From the NCBI GenBank assembly GCA_021790815.1, contig JAJYFT010000001.1, forward strand, positions 27,777-91,776: a DNA stretch of 64,000 bases, read 5' to 3'. Shown piece by piece: positions 20,906 to 30,587 of this stretch. The notes beneath the pieces were generated by a model. The model was given only the letters and a program-made list of their open reading frames with translations. It did no database searches and was not told where the DNA came from. Position 1 is the first letter of the stretch. Each line of letters begins with the position of its first letter. This DNA is from Actinomycetes bacterium. GTDB lineage: Bacteria > Actinomycetota > Acidimicrobiia > Acidimicrobiales > JABEUL01. The translations under genes and the position numbers were made by a program.

Positions 20906-21685
20906 TTAAACTACCGCTTCAACTTCTTTCGTCACTTTTGAATTTACAATATGCCCAGGTTTAAGTCTTAAATCAAACTCCATATATGCAGTTGCAAGCA
21001 TAGTGCCTACTTTAAGTCTACTTACTGGATCTTGGGGAGACTCAAATGGGTATGTAACACTTCCTGGACCCATGAACTGGATCTGATCACCAAAAGCATC
21101 TTTATGAAATGCCATTTCTGACTTCCAAGCAACAAGCTCGCTTACCGTTGTGCCCCCGGGAGGACCCGGAAGGTAGCGCAATGAATAGAAGTATGCATCT
21201 TTTGGAAGTAGAGCATCTAGTAAAATTGGATCAACTCTATCGACTGGAGATGTTGTAACCTTTACAAGCGGAAGGTTCGAAGGTCGATTTAATTCTCCAA
21301 CAATGACGTTCGTTGACTTATCAATTGAAATGTCCGCCATTTTTTTTGGAGCTCCTAACACTTCTCTCCCCGAGGCAAGTGCTACATCATTCGTAACATA
21401 TATATAAGGTATGTACAAACCAATATTGTCCTTATCATCTTTAACCTGGATGAAAGAGACAAACTCTTTGTATGGCCCTAATGTTGAAGCTCCATAGTCG
21501 GCTACAAATACCATTCCTACACTCGGAGTCGAGGCAACCATTAGTCCTTCAGGAATTAAGTCAGTTACATCGCCTTCAACAGTGAAAATACCAGCAACTG
21601 CACTACAGTTCCAATACTCAGCTCCCCTTTCAGCGTTAATCTGATACAAAGGTGCATCTAATGGGATGCTTCTCGCAGTTACCAC
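20906..21685 (-). CDS. acetoacetate decarboxylase (ADC)-family protein
   Basis: 259 aa. GPYKEFVSFIQV ... SGREVLGAPKKMADISI matches the ADC-family block GPY.E...GRE.wG.PKK. Confidence 0.65.
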   Translation of the reverse strand: MVTARSIPLDAPLYQINAERGAEYWNCSAVAGIFTVEGDVTDLIPEGLMVASTPSVGMVFVADYGASTLGPYKEFVSFIQVKDDKDNIGLYIPYIYVTNDVALASGREVLGAPKKMADISIDKSTNVIVGELNRPSNLPLVKVTTSPVDRVDPILLDALLPKDAYFYSLRYLPGPPGGTTVSELVAWKSEMAFHKDAFGDQIQFMGPGSVTYPFESPQDPVSRLKVGTMLATAYMEFDLRLKPGHIVNSKVTKEVEAVV

Positions 21686-23025
21686 TGTGCCATTACCTCC
21701 TCAAGTTGGTATGAAGAATTTTCATAGTTGCTCAATACGTCTCCTACCGCGTCAAAGGCAAGAATTTCAAGAGTACCGTCTTCGATAAGTAAGCATCTTG
21801 CATCTCTAAAGAGTTTTTCCGCAATTGACTCTCTGCTTAACCCGAATGCTCCAAGAACCTGAATTGCGTCATGAGCGACTTCAAATGCAATCCTCTTCGC
21901 ATATATTTGAGCAGTTCTTGTGTGTCTTGGAGAAGCTCCAGTAGATCCACCTTGGAATCCGAGCAAAGCGTGATTTCTTACGTGATAGTTTGCTTTTCTA
22001 GCATATGCTCGAGCAGTTTCAATCTTTTCAAACATAGAGTATAGGGTTAATTTAATGTTTTTGTGGTCCGAAATGGGCCCCCCACCTTGCATTCTTGTCC
22101 TCGAGTGATTCAGCGCTTCTTCAAATGCTGCCCGTGCCAACCCAACAGCAACATTAGCTATCGATGCACTAGTAACACATAGTAGTTGATCACCAAAAAC
22201 AGGATAAATAGGACTTGGCGCCACAAGGATATTTTCAGCTGGGACGAAAACCTCATCAAAGAATATTTCACCTTGTGGATCGTCTTTTACTCCAAGCATG
22301 TCTTGAACTTTTCCTTTTCTAACCCCCTCGCTGCTTAGATCAACAATTGCAAAAAAGCTATGATGGAGATCTCCATCTGCGCCTGCTTGAGCATGGACTG
22401 CTGCATGAGTTGCAACTGGCCCTGAGCTAACCCAAGCCGATTTTTGACCAGTTAATATCCATCCACTATTTGCCTGTGTCGCAATTAACTGACCTTTAGG
22501 GGAGTACTTTTCTTTTTGACCTCTTACAGTTAAGTAGTCGCTGCCATGATCTGGTTCTGTTATAGCCCAACAACCGTGATATGCGCCAACTTCGTCGTCA
22601 ATCCATGGTTTCAAATACTTTTCCTTTAGGTCATCATTACCAAAGTACGCAATCGTCAAAAAGGGCATCATGTCTACCAAAAAACTAGTGGCCAGACCTA
22701 ATGAACCCCACCCTAACTCCTCTAACACGACGGCAAGTGTAATGGGAGTTACCTCACCTTCTCCCCCTCCATACTCTGGAGGAAGAAAGAGCTTATGATA
22801 ACCCAGCGATTTTAATCGGTTCATTACTGCATAATATGGTGACCCTTCGAGAATTCTCTCTCCTGGTGCCATCCGGTCTAGCTGGACCGATGCAGGTCTT
22901 ACAACCTCAAAAGCAATTTTATGTACTTGCTCTTTTATAAATTGATCTTCATCGCTAAGATCATCTAGATCCAGAAACGTGACTCCGAGGTCATGCCCGC
23001 TGTGATCCATAGCAATACTATACAA
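21679..23025 (-). CDS. acyl-CoA dehydrogenase family protein
   Basis: 448 aa ACAD-like throughout (CWAITEPDHGSD, LIEDGTLEILA). The track start is a TTG. ATG at 23010 (MDHSGHDLG...) lies 6 nt after TATAGT with no SD, suggesting a leaderless start. EDGT replaces the usual YEGT. Confidence 0.8.
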   Translation of the reverse strand: MYSIAMDHSGHDLGVTFLDLDDLSDEDQFIKEQVHKIAFEVVRPASVQLDRMAPGERILEGSPYYAVMNRLKSLGYHKLFLPPEYGGGEGEVTPITLAVVLEELGWGSLGLATSFLVDMMPFLTIAYFGNDDLKEKYLKPWIDDEVGAYHGCWAITEPDHGSDYLTVRGQKEKYSPKGQLIATQANSGWILTGQKSAWVSSGPVATHAAVHAQAGADGDLHHSFFAIVDLSSEGVRKGKVQDMLGVKDDPQGEIFFDEVFVPAENILVAPSPIYPVFGDQLLCVTSASIANVAVGLARAAFEEALNHSRTRMQGGGPISDHKNIKLTLYSMFEKIETARAYARKANYHVRNHALLGFQGGSTGASPRHTRTAQIYAKRIAFEVAHDAIQVLGAFGLSRESIAEKLFRDARCLLIEDGTLEILAFDAVGDVLSNYENSSYQLEEVMAQW

Positions 23026-23042
23026 AAGCGAGCCTACTTTAA

Positions 23043-23062
23043 GTAGGGTCTAAAGTCCCAAT
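23043..23062. promoter_or_regulatory. DosR-type box (1 core mismatch) upstream of the ACAD/ADC/NMO operon
   Basis: GTAGGGTCTAAAGTCCCAAT. The core GGGTCTAAAGTCCC differs from GGGACTWWAGTCCC at one position. It lies 20-40 nt upstream of a TATAGT -10-like hexamer. Confidence 0.6.
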
Positions 23063-23148
23063 TTGTTGCAAAGTTTAAGCTGAAAGCAGTTCGAGGCATT
23101 CTACTTCTTGCTTTATTAGGGAGGTTGAAAACTATTTTCTTGAAAGAA

Positions 23149-23360
23149 CTAAGAATCCAGAACTCCTAACCCACGGTTATATATCCTCAGGTCAAGTAGT
23201 TGGTCAGAGAATCGACTCTGAGATATTCAATGCAGAGGCGAGCCAGCTGTTTCAGACTTACTCACCTTGATAACAAGCTACTTTATACAAAACGGTGAGC
23301 AAAGAAAAGAATTGACTTTGCACTATTTTTGCCACTATGTCAGGAGTTCTGGAATCTTAG
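23149..23360. mobile_element. MITE-like element or long structured RNA bounded by 19-bp inverted repeats
   Basis: CTAAGAATCCAGAACTCCT (23149..23167) and its reverse complement with one mismatch (23342..23360) enclose 174 bp of non-coding sequence. AGAA is present on both outer flanks (23145..23148 and 23361..23364). Confidence 0.35.
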
Positions 23361-23450
23361 AGAACGTTTTCCCAATTACGAGCATAACTAATTCTTGAAC
23401 TATCTTGGATTGCTTAACTCAGAATGCGTTCCTCTGTTAAAACTGTGAAT

Positions 23451-24656
23451 TTATGGAAGAGATACATAACCGTGTTTTGCCTTCCACATAAAGTACTTCT
23501 CAAATGCTAGTTTCATTGAGTGTGCTTGAGGGCCAGGGATTAAAATTCCATGTTTTCTAGGTGGCAACATTTTATCAGCGAACATTATGACTCCGTTATT
23601 GCCAGCGTCCATTACACATACGGCTGGAATATCTCCAAATGCTTCGTGCGATGTCAGAGATTCTCCCTTGATCGATGAGGCAATATTTTTTGCGGCAACA
23701 TGTGCCATCTTTTCTGTCGGAAATCCAGTCTTAGGAATTCCAACAGGATTCGAAGTATGCCACGGTACTGGAACTTGTGCAGCTACTCCAACACAATATA
23801 CATCGTCATATTTTTGACTTTGATACGTATCTCTTACTATTACATAACCCTTTTCGTCTGCAATTTCATTGGTTCTTTTTACAAAGTCCTGCCCAACAAA
23901 AGGAGGAATTATCATTGCGTACTTAAAGTCAATTTTCCTGCCATCACTTAAGGTAAGCATGTTTTTCTCTACTCTTTCCATACCAGTATCGACAACCGCC
24001 TCAATACCCTCTTTCTTGAAAAACATTTTTAATAGGCTCTCACCGTGGGGAAGCCCACCAATACCAAAATGACCTAAAAACGGCTCTGGAGATACAAATG
24101 TAAGCTTTACCTGCTTTTTTAATCCAGCTTTCCGCAGTTGGTGCGCTGTATTAAATAGGTACTCGTAAGCCGCTCCAAAACAACCTGCTCCTTGCGTAGC
24201 ACCAATGACAATATTGCCAGGATCATTCAAAAACTTGCGCCAACCTTCTCCAGCTTGCATTGCATCTTTAAGAGTAGTTATGGTATAAGCAAAACCATCT
24301 GGCCCCAGTCCTTCAATAACGTTAAAATTGTTTCTATAACCAGTTGCGATGACAAGATAGTCGTAGCTGTAGTTGCCGTTGCTAGTTCTTACTTCTTTTT
24401 TCAAACAGTCCATAGAAACAACCTCTTCGTGGATGAAATCTATTCCGTGTCTATCAAAAGTCGGAGCTAATGGAAATGTAATATCTGAGGCTTTACGCTT
24501 TCCAAAGGGGAGCCAGATGAGTGAGGGATTAAACAAGAAGTGATCAGATGCTGAAATCACTTTTATGTCTGCATCACCCTTTAACTCATGATGGAGAGCA
24601 AGTGAAGCAGTGAGCCCTCCGAAATTACCACCTAGTACGAGAACTTTTGAAACCAT
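23451..24656 (-). CDS. sqr: sulfide:quinone oxidoreductase-like flavoprotein (NDH-2/SQR fold)
   Basis: 401 aa. N-terminal KVLVLGGNFGGLTAS. Cys residues in GAGCFGAAYEY and PAVCVMDAG sit where I recall the SQR redox cysteines. Confidence 0.65.
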   Translation of the reverse strand: MVSKVLVLGGNFGGLTASLALHHELKGDADIKVISASDHFLFNPSLIWLPFGKRKASDITFPLAPTFDRHGIDFIHEEVVSMDCLKKEVRTSNGNYSYDYLVIATGYRNNFNVIEGLGPDGFAYTITTLKDAMQAGEGWRKFLNDPGNIVIGATQGAGCFGAAYEYLFNTAHQLRKAGLKKQVKLTFVSPEPFLGHFGIGGLPHGESLLKMFFKKEGIEAVVDTGMERVEKNMLTLSDGRKIDFKYAMIIPPFVGQDFVKRTNEIADEKGYVIVRDTYQSQKYDDVYCVGVAAQVPVPWHTSNPVGIPKTGFPTEKMAHVAAKNIASSIKGESLTSHEAFGDIPAVCVMDAGNNGVIMFADKMLPPRKHGILIPGPQAHSMKLAFEKYFMWKAKHGYVSLP

Positions 24657-24708
24657 AAAGTACTCCTTTCCTCTTGTTTAAAGAGTACAAATTGTTTATG
24701 ACACTTTA

Positions 24709-24728
24709 AAAGGGACTTAAGACACTTT
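24709..24728. promoter_or_regulatory. weaker DosR-like box in the SQR / Ehr divergent region
   Basis: AAAGGGACTTAAGACACTTT has a perfect left half-site GGGACT plus TA spacer. The right half AGACAC differs from AGTCCC at 2 positions. It lies 52 nt upstream of the SQR start. Confidence 0.35.
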
Positions 24729-24950
24729 CAACGTTTATCAGTCGACAAAAACGTCAACTGAGCACTGCGTGTTCATTCAAGTACAACTTCCATCCAACCG
24801 AGTACAGTTTTCGTCGCTCATTCCAAGAATTTATGGTCCTGCAGCATTCGCATCTTCATTCCTACTTCTAAAGTTGTGGATTGAAATCAAGTTGACCGTG
24901 CGCCTAACGTCAATTGCACTTCTATATTAACAGCAGTAATCATAAATCTA

Positions 24951-24984
24951 TATATATGACAAGATGATAAGATTGTCATATATG
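24951..24984. promoter_or_regulatory. 11-bp inverted repeat ending on a start codon of the Ehr operon
   Basis: ATATATGACAA (24952..24962) / TTGTCATATAT (24973..24983) with a 10-nt spacer. It covers the first annotated ATG (24964) and ends at the second ATG (24982). Confidence 0.4.
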
Positions 24985-25458
24985 AAAATAGTCAGCATGC
25001 TGAATAATATAATATCTAAGCCTGTTTCAAAAGGGTTTTCTAAAGGTAGGAACTCTTCTTCATCGCAATCCCCAAATAGATCTGTTGCATTTCGCCATGT
25101 CGATGTAGGTTCTTGCAATGCTTGCGAAATAGAAATTTCATCCGCATTTGGTCCAGTCTATGATGCATCGCGCTTTGGTATGTCTCTAGTTGCAAGTCCT
25201 AGACACGCTGATGGGCTGCTTGTGACAGGAGTAGTTACGCAAAACATGTACGGCCCTTTGATGAAAACATATGAAGCAACTCCAAAGCCCAAAATTATTA
25301 TTGCATGCGGTGACTGCGCTATAAACGGTGGAATATTTAAAGATAGCTACGGGGTCAAAGGTATTTTAAGTGATGTACTTGAAGTTAGCTATTCAATCCC
25401 GGGATGTCCACCACACCCACAACAAATAGTCGAAACTTTTAGAAATATTAATAGATAG
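24964..25458 (+). CDS. NuoB/HycG-like small subunit (4Fe-4S) of an Ehr/group-4-hydrogenase-like complex
   Basis: 164 aa. Cluster ligands are kept: GSCNACEIE, ACGDCA, GCPPHP. The start may be ATG 24982 or later. Confidence 0.85.
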   Translation: MIRLSYMKIVSMLNNIISKPVSKGFSKGRNSSSSQSPNRSVAFRHVDVGSCNACEIEISSAFGPVYDASRFGMSLVASPRHADGLLVTGVVTQNMYGPLMKTYEATPKPKIIIACGDCAINGGIFKDSYGVKGILSDVLEVSYSIPGCPPHPQQIVETFRNINR

Positions 25459-25460
25459 AA

Positions 25461-27461
25461 GTGCATCTACTTTTTTATTCATTTCTCGTAGGCTCTATTG
25501 GTTCATTCGCATCATTAGTGCTAACAAAAAAGTACAGAAATAAATTCGCATCATTCTGCGTAGTTCTTGAAGGGCTTATATGTTCATATGAAAGTCTTTC
25601 CATAATATCAAGCGGGAAAACAACTACCTTCAATTCAAATCAACTTCTTCCTTTTTTTGGAATTAGACTCTCCTTAGATCCGCTGAGCGCTTATTTTATT
25701 CTTATTACGTCGTTGCTAGCAATAGCAGTAGGGATATATCAACTTGGGTACATCAGACACTCAACTAAAGCAAAGACTCCTACTTTTATTTATCCATTTT
25801 TTTTCACTTCTATGGTCCTAGTGCCAATCTCTAATTCGGTTGCTACATTCATGGCTTCTTGGGAGATAATGGCAATAACATCGATACTTTTGGTGTTGAC
25901 AGACCACGCTAAAAACAATAACTCTGGGCATGCAACGCAGTGGTATGCACTCATGACTCATCTAGGGGCTGCGTCAATATTCATTGGCTTCTTAATTCTG
26001 TCACTTGGGACGAAGCACCAACAATTTTCATCTATAGTTATGTCTTCATCAAGTTTGTCAACAATTGAGAAGTCATTAGCTTTCTTTCTTCTATTTATAG
26101 GCTTTGCGTCCAAAGCAGGTGCTACCCCATTTCACGTTTGGTTACCACGAGCTCACCCACAGGCCCCTAGCCCAGTCTCAGCAATGATGTCTGGAGCTAT
26201 GGTCAACCTTGGAATCTACGGAATTATTAAAACTGGCATGACCCTGATTAAAGTCAGTGAAGGTTGGTGGTGGATAGTTGTAATTGCCATTGGAACGATA
26301 TCTGCAATTTACGGGGCGCTCCAATGCGTAACTAACTCAGACATAAAGAAACTTCTTGCTTATTCTACAATTGACAACGTTGGACTTATGATTATCGGTA
26401 TAGGCGCATCAGGGCTTCTAGCGACTGCGAAAGACGAAAAGTTTGCGTTGTTCATGATATCCGGAGTTCTATTTCAGATGTTAGCCCACTCAATTTTCAA
26501 AGGTTTGCTCTTTTTAAGTGCTGGCTCAATCCAATACTCTACTGGAAGTTTAAACCTTGACCAACTGGGAGGATTACTTAAAAAAATCCCGCTGACATCA
26601 ACATGTCTATTGATTGGAGCATTTTCAATCAGTGCACTGCCGCCTTTTTCGGGATTCTCAAGTGAGTGGGTTTTGTTCGAAGGGCTGTTTCGCTCAATTC
26701 TTCATTTATCGGGAGTAAATCGTCTGGCCGTCCTTTTTGGCCTATCTGGATTTGCTCTGGCAAGCGGTTTAACTGCTACTGCTTTTGTAAAAACTACGGG
26801 TATTGGATTACTCGGAGTAGCTCGATCAAGTCATGCGGAAACTGCCAAAGAAGTCCCTCCGACAATGCTGTTTTCAACGTTTCTATTAGCCCTATCTTGT
26901 TTAGTCATCGGAATAGTGCCTGGTTATTTCCTCAAACTAACTATGAAATCTTCACAGCTCCTATTCCCTGCTAAAAAACTATCTCCAAACTTTAAGTATG
27001 GAAGTATAGATCTTCCCAACCTCGCTACAAACATTGACCCATTGTTGCTACTAGTCCTCTTCACAATTGCACTTCTAATGATCCTTCTCCTTCTTAAGGC
27101 TGCGATCAAACGCAAAGTTAGAATCACCAATTCTTGGGGATGTGGGAATGAGTACAGTAATTCAAAAACTCAGTATACTGCGACATCTTTTGCTGAACCT
27201 CTACAAAGAGTTTTTGCTGATGTAATTAGACCAGATCAAGATTTAGTTGTTTCACACGTCGAAGAATCCCGTTTTTACGTAAACAATATTACTTATAGCA
27301 ACTTATCCCAAGATAGTATTGAACGTTTTGTCTATGTTCCGATTAAACGTGCAGTGACCACTTGGGGCAAGTTCGCCTCTCAGATGCAAAATGGGAGTAC
27401 ACATCGCTATCTAAGTCTAGGGTTTATAGTCCTCCTAATAGTTATACTGGTTCTTTCTTGA
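25461..27461 (+). CDS. NuoL/HyfB-like antiporter-type membrane subunit
   Basis: 666 aa, polytopic, GTG start. Contains the Mrp/NuoL block FASKAGATPFHVWLPRAHPQAPSPVSAMMSG. Confidence 0.85.
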   Translation: MHLLFYSFLVGSIGSFASLVLTKKYRNKFASFCVVLEGLICSYESLSIISSGKTTTFNSNQLLPFFGIRLSLDPLSAYFILITSLLAIAVGIYQLGYIRHSTKAKTPTFIYPFFFTSMVLVPISNSVATFMASWEIMAITSILLVLTDHAKNNNSGHATQWYALMTHLGAASIFIGFLILSLGTKHQQFSSIVMSSSSLSTIEKSLAFFLLFIGFASKAGATPFHVWLPRAHPQAPSPVSAMMSGAMVNLGIYGIIKTGMTLIKVSEGWWWIVVIAIGTISAIYGALQCVTNSDIKKLLAYSTIDNVGLMIIGIGASGLLATAKDEKFALFMISGVLFQMLAHSIFKGLLFLSAGSIQYSTGSLNLDQLGGLLKKIPLTSTCLLIGAFSISALPPFSGFSSEWVLFEGLFRSILHLSGVNRLAVLFGLSGFALASGLTATAFVKTTGIGLLGVARSSHAETAKEVPPTMLFSTFLLALSCLVIGIVPGYFLKLTMKSSQLLFPAKKLSPNFKYGSIDLPNLATNIDPLLLLVLFTIALLMILLLLKAAIKRKVRITNSWGCGNEYSNSKTQYTATSFAEPLQRVFADVIRPDQDLVVSHVEESRFYVNNITYSNLSQDSIERFVYVPIKRAVTTWGKFASQMQNGSTHRYLSLGFIVLLIVILVLS

Positions 27462-27481
27462 TATGACGAGAAAAGAGTAGC

Positions 27482-28426
27482 ATGACCGTCTTTAGTTTTA
27501 CAACATCTTTACTTCAATTAATTTTTATTCTCGCTTGCGCACCGCTACTAAACGGCATAATGTTAAAGCTCAAAGCACGTGCGGAACGAAGAGTTGGTCC
27601 GCCAATCTTTCAAACCTTCTTTGACCTAGCTAAGCTTTTCAAAAAAGAAAGACTCCGTTCACAAAATGCTAGTATCTTTTCAGCCCTTGCTCCTGTAGTG
27701 CTCATTTCATCAACAGTCGTAGTAATCATTGTTTCGCCAATACTTTCAACTCAAGAACTCTTTAAAACTTCAGGGGATCTCTTCGCAATAGTTTTCATAC
27801 TATTAGTTGGATCTCTAATGATCGCTCTATTAGGACTTGATCCGGGAACTCCTTTTGGTGGCTTAGGCTCAAGTCGCGCTATGACTATCTCTTCTCTTTC
27901 TGAACCGGCACTACTCGTCTCAATTGTAGCTATTTCAATTCAAGCAAAATCGACTAACCTTTCAACTATCGTTTCTGCCAACCTTTCCCATCCCATTTGG
28001 CTGGTTAGCCCACCGCATCTTTTAGCGATTTTCGCTCTTTTGATTGTAATCTTTGCTGAAGCAGGACGAATACCTGTTGACAATCCTGCGACCCACTTAG
28101 AACTGACCATGATTTACGAAGCCATGATTCTTGAAAGCTCTGGGGAAGACTTGGCATTAATTAAGCTTGGGGAATTTATGAGATTTACTCTTCTCTTATT
28201 GATTGTTGCAAACCTCTTCTTCCCATTTGGCATTGATACCCAAGCAAACTGGATTCAGCTAATTTTAAGTAGCGGAATTAGCCTTATAAAATTAACAATA
28301 CTAGGAAGCTTAGTAACGCTACTCGAGGTGACTCAAGCAAAGCTCCGCCTGTTTCGTGTACCTGAACTTCTTGCTGGAGCATTCGTACTAGCAGTTCTCG
28401 CTGTCATCTCGGAGTTCGTGGCCTAA
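27482..28426 (+). CDS. hycD: NuoH/HycD-like membrane subunit
   Basis: 314 aa, 8 TM-like segments. AEAGRIPVDNPATHLEL resembles the NuoH/HycD loop (E..R.PFD..E.E.EL). Size and position match mycobacterial hycD as I recall it. Confidence 0.75.
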   Translation: MTVFSFTTSLLQLIFILACAPLLNGIMLKLKARAERRVGPPIFQTFFDLAKLFKKERLRSQNASIFSALAPVVLISSTVVVIIVSPILSTQELFKTSGDLFAIVFILLVGSLMIALLGLDPGTPFGGLGSSRAMTISSLSEPALLVSIVAISIQAKSTNLSTIVSANLSHPIWLVSPPHLLAIFALLIVIFAEAGRIPVDNPATHLELTMIYEAMILESSGEDLALIKLGEFMRFTLLLLIVANLFFPFGIDTQANWIQLILSSGISLIKLTILGSLVTLLEVTQAKLRLFRVPELLAGAFVLAVLAVISEFVA

Positions 28427-28427
28427 A

Positions 28428-29084
28428 ATGACGACTAACTATTTTTCGATGACCTACCTTTTTTCAGGAACTGTCTTAGTTTGCGCCATTATCGCATTGT
28501 GGAGAAAAGACATTAAAGCAATAATATATTCCGTTGCTTTTCATGGTGTAGCTCTCGGAATTGTTGGATTTTCAGAGGGACTTAGTCGACATGACTTAGC
28601 CTTAGTTCAAGCTGGAATTGAAACATTCATCCTAAAAGGAATTGTATTCCCAATCTTAATTTTTAGAATATTTAATAGATCAGGGGGGCAGAGAGACGTT
28701 GAGCCACTCATTAATACGACTGCCTCAATGCTTTATACGTCCTTATTTATTGGAATTCCGTTTTTTAGCATTGGACGTCTTCCATATATTGCAAGTAGCC
28801 CACAATCAAAATTAGTTCCAATTGGATTTGCCACGTTATTAGTTGGGTTTTATATTTTAATAACAAGGCGACGCATAATTTCTCAAATAGTAGGTCTTAT
28901 TATTTTTGAAAATGGAATATCTCTTATCGCTTTTCTGCTTATTTCTGGGCTTCCTCTTTTGGTTGAACTAGGCGAATCATTAGATGTCTTGCTTGTGGTA
29001 ATAGTTTTGCGAGTACTTGCAATTACAATTCAAAGTCGAATTGGCAATGTTGATCTAGCTGAAATGAAGGAATTACACGACTAA
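28428..29084 (+). CDS. hycP: HyfE/HycP-like small membrane subunit
   Basis: 218 aa, about 6-7 TM. Its position between the HycD-like and NuoN-like genes matches hyf and mycobacterial hyc clusters. Confidence 0.65.
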   Translation: MTTNYFSMTYLFSGTVLVCAIIALWRKDIKAIIYSVAFHGVALGIVGFSEGLSRHDLALVQAGIETFILKGIVFPILIFRIFNRSGGQRDVEPLINTTASMLYTSLFIGIPFFSIGRLPYIASSPQSKLVPIGFATLLVGFYILITRRRIISQIVGLIIFENGISLIAFLLISGLPLLVELGESLDVLLVVIVLRVLAITIQSRIGNVDLAEMKELHD

Positions 29085-30580
29085 TGCTTATTGATTTGAT
29101 CCTAATTCTCCCACTAACTTCCATATTACTGAGCTTACTATTCAGATGGTCAGTTGTATTAGGTGCTACCTTGGCCTTTTTTAATCTAGCACTTTTAATT
29201 TTTGGGATAGTTCTCGCTTTCAATATTGAGACAACAGGTCCTGTAACTGCAATTGATGCGACTTTCTACGCAGATTCTTTAAGTTCGTTCATGGTGATTG
29301 TGATAGGCCTAATTTCATTTCTTTCATCCCTATTTTCAATTCGTTTTTCGATCAAGGAACTTGCTAAAAACCAATCTACACTTTTGGAAATATCTAGATA
29401 CACTCTTTTAACTCAGATATTCATCTTCACAATGCTTTTTGCAGTTGTCTCCTCTAGTGTTGCGATGATATGGGTTGCTGTTGAAGCAACAACAATTGCA
29501 ACAACGTTTTTGGTAGGATTTCGAAAAAATAAGAAAGCCCTTGAAGCCTCTTGGAAGTACATAATTATTTGTTCGGTTGGTGTTGGGCTTGCTTTCGTTG
29601 GAACCCTTTTCTTTTATTTTGCTTCTGCTCACATAGGTGGCCCCATCTCAAGTAGCAGACCGGTCTCTTTAGATTGGACATTTTTAATAAAGAATTCAAA
29701 AAAACTGAATCCGCAAATAATCAAGTTTGGATTCGGATTCATTCTCCTTGGTTACGGAACTAAAACGGGGCTAGCCCCGATGCACAGTTGGCTTCCAGAC
29801 GCTCATAGCCAAGCACCTGCTCCAGTTTCGGCATTAATGTCTGGTGTTCTAATCACTGTTGCCTTTTATACAATTCTACGATTTAAGGCAATAACTGACA
29901 TCGCAGTAGGGAGATGGTTTTCTCAAGATCTCTTGATAGCAGTAGGTCTTCTCTCTCTTCTTTTAGCTACATCACTTTTAATAACTCAAAAAGAAATTAA
30001 ACGAATGCTCGCTTATCACAGCATTGAACACATGGCTCTAATCGCACTTGGAGCTGCTGCAGGTTCTGAAATTGCAATTGCTGCTGTACTGCTCCACATT
30101 TTAGGTCACGGGCTTGTTAAAGCAATTCTATTCATTGCTTCAGGTGAAATGCTCATAACAGAAGGAAGCACAGAAATAGCAAAACTCAAGTCATTATTAA
30201 CCCATAAGCCTCTACTAGGTGGCATTTTTGGTGTTGGGCTGTTGGCACTTTTAGGGTTACCACCTTTTAGTCTTTTTACAAGTGAGTTCGCAATGATGAA
30301 ATCAGAGATTTCAGTAGGTCTAGGTTGGGTGGTAGGAATATCCCTTGTGTTAATGGCAGTAATCTTCGGAGTCGTTGTAAGTCATGCTAGACATATTCTC
30401 GTTGGTGAAAGTTCAGGTAGACAAACGTTGAAAACTAGCAAACTGTCTAATCCAATACGAGCATCTCGTCTCACTACAACTCCTTTAGTTTTGGGTTTAA
30501 TACTAAGCGCAGCAATTGGCGTTGTGTCTTGGCCATTGCAAACCCTTCTTTTGTCTGCTGCAAAAGTGATCTCAGGATGA
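29084..30580 (+). CDS. hycQ: NuoN/NuoM/HyfF-like antiporter-type membrane subunit
   Basis: 498 aa. Block GYGTKTGLAPMHSWLPDAHSQAPAPVSALMSG. Confidence 0.8.
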   Translation: MLIDLILILPLTSILLSLLFRWSVVLGATLAFFNLALLIFGIVLAFNIETTGPVTAIDATFYADSLSSFMVIVIGLISFLSSLFSIRFSIKELAKNQSTLLEISRYTLLTQIFIFTMLFAVVSSSVAMIWVAVEATTIATTFLVGFRKNKKALEASWKYIIICSVGVGLAFVGTLFFYFASAHIGGPISSSRPVSLDWTFLIKNSKKLNPQIIKFGFGFILLGYGTKTGLAPMHSWLPDAHSQAPAPVSALMSGVLITVAFYTILRFKAITDIAVGRWFSQDLLIAVGLLSLLLATSLLITQKEIKRMLAYHSIEHMALIALGAAAGSEIAIAAVLLHILGHGLVKAILFIASGEMLITEGSTEIAKLKSLLTHKPLLGGIFGVGLLALLGLPPFSLFTSEFAMMKSEISVGLGWVVGISLVLMAVIFGVVVSHARHILVGESSGRQTLKTSKLSNPIRASRLTTTPLVLGLILSAAIGVVSWPLQTLLLSAAKVISG

Positions 30581-30587
30581 TCTGCAA

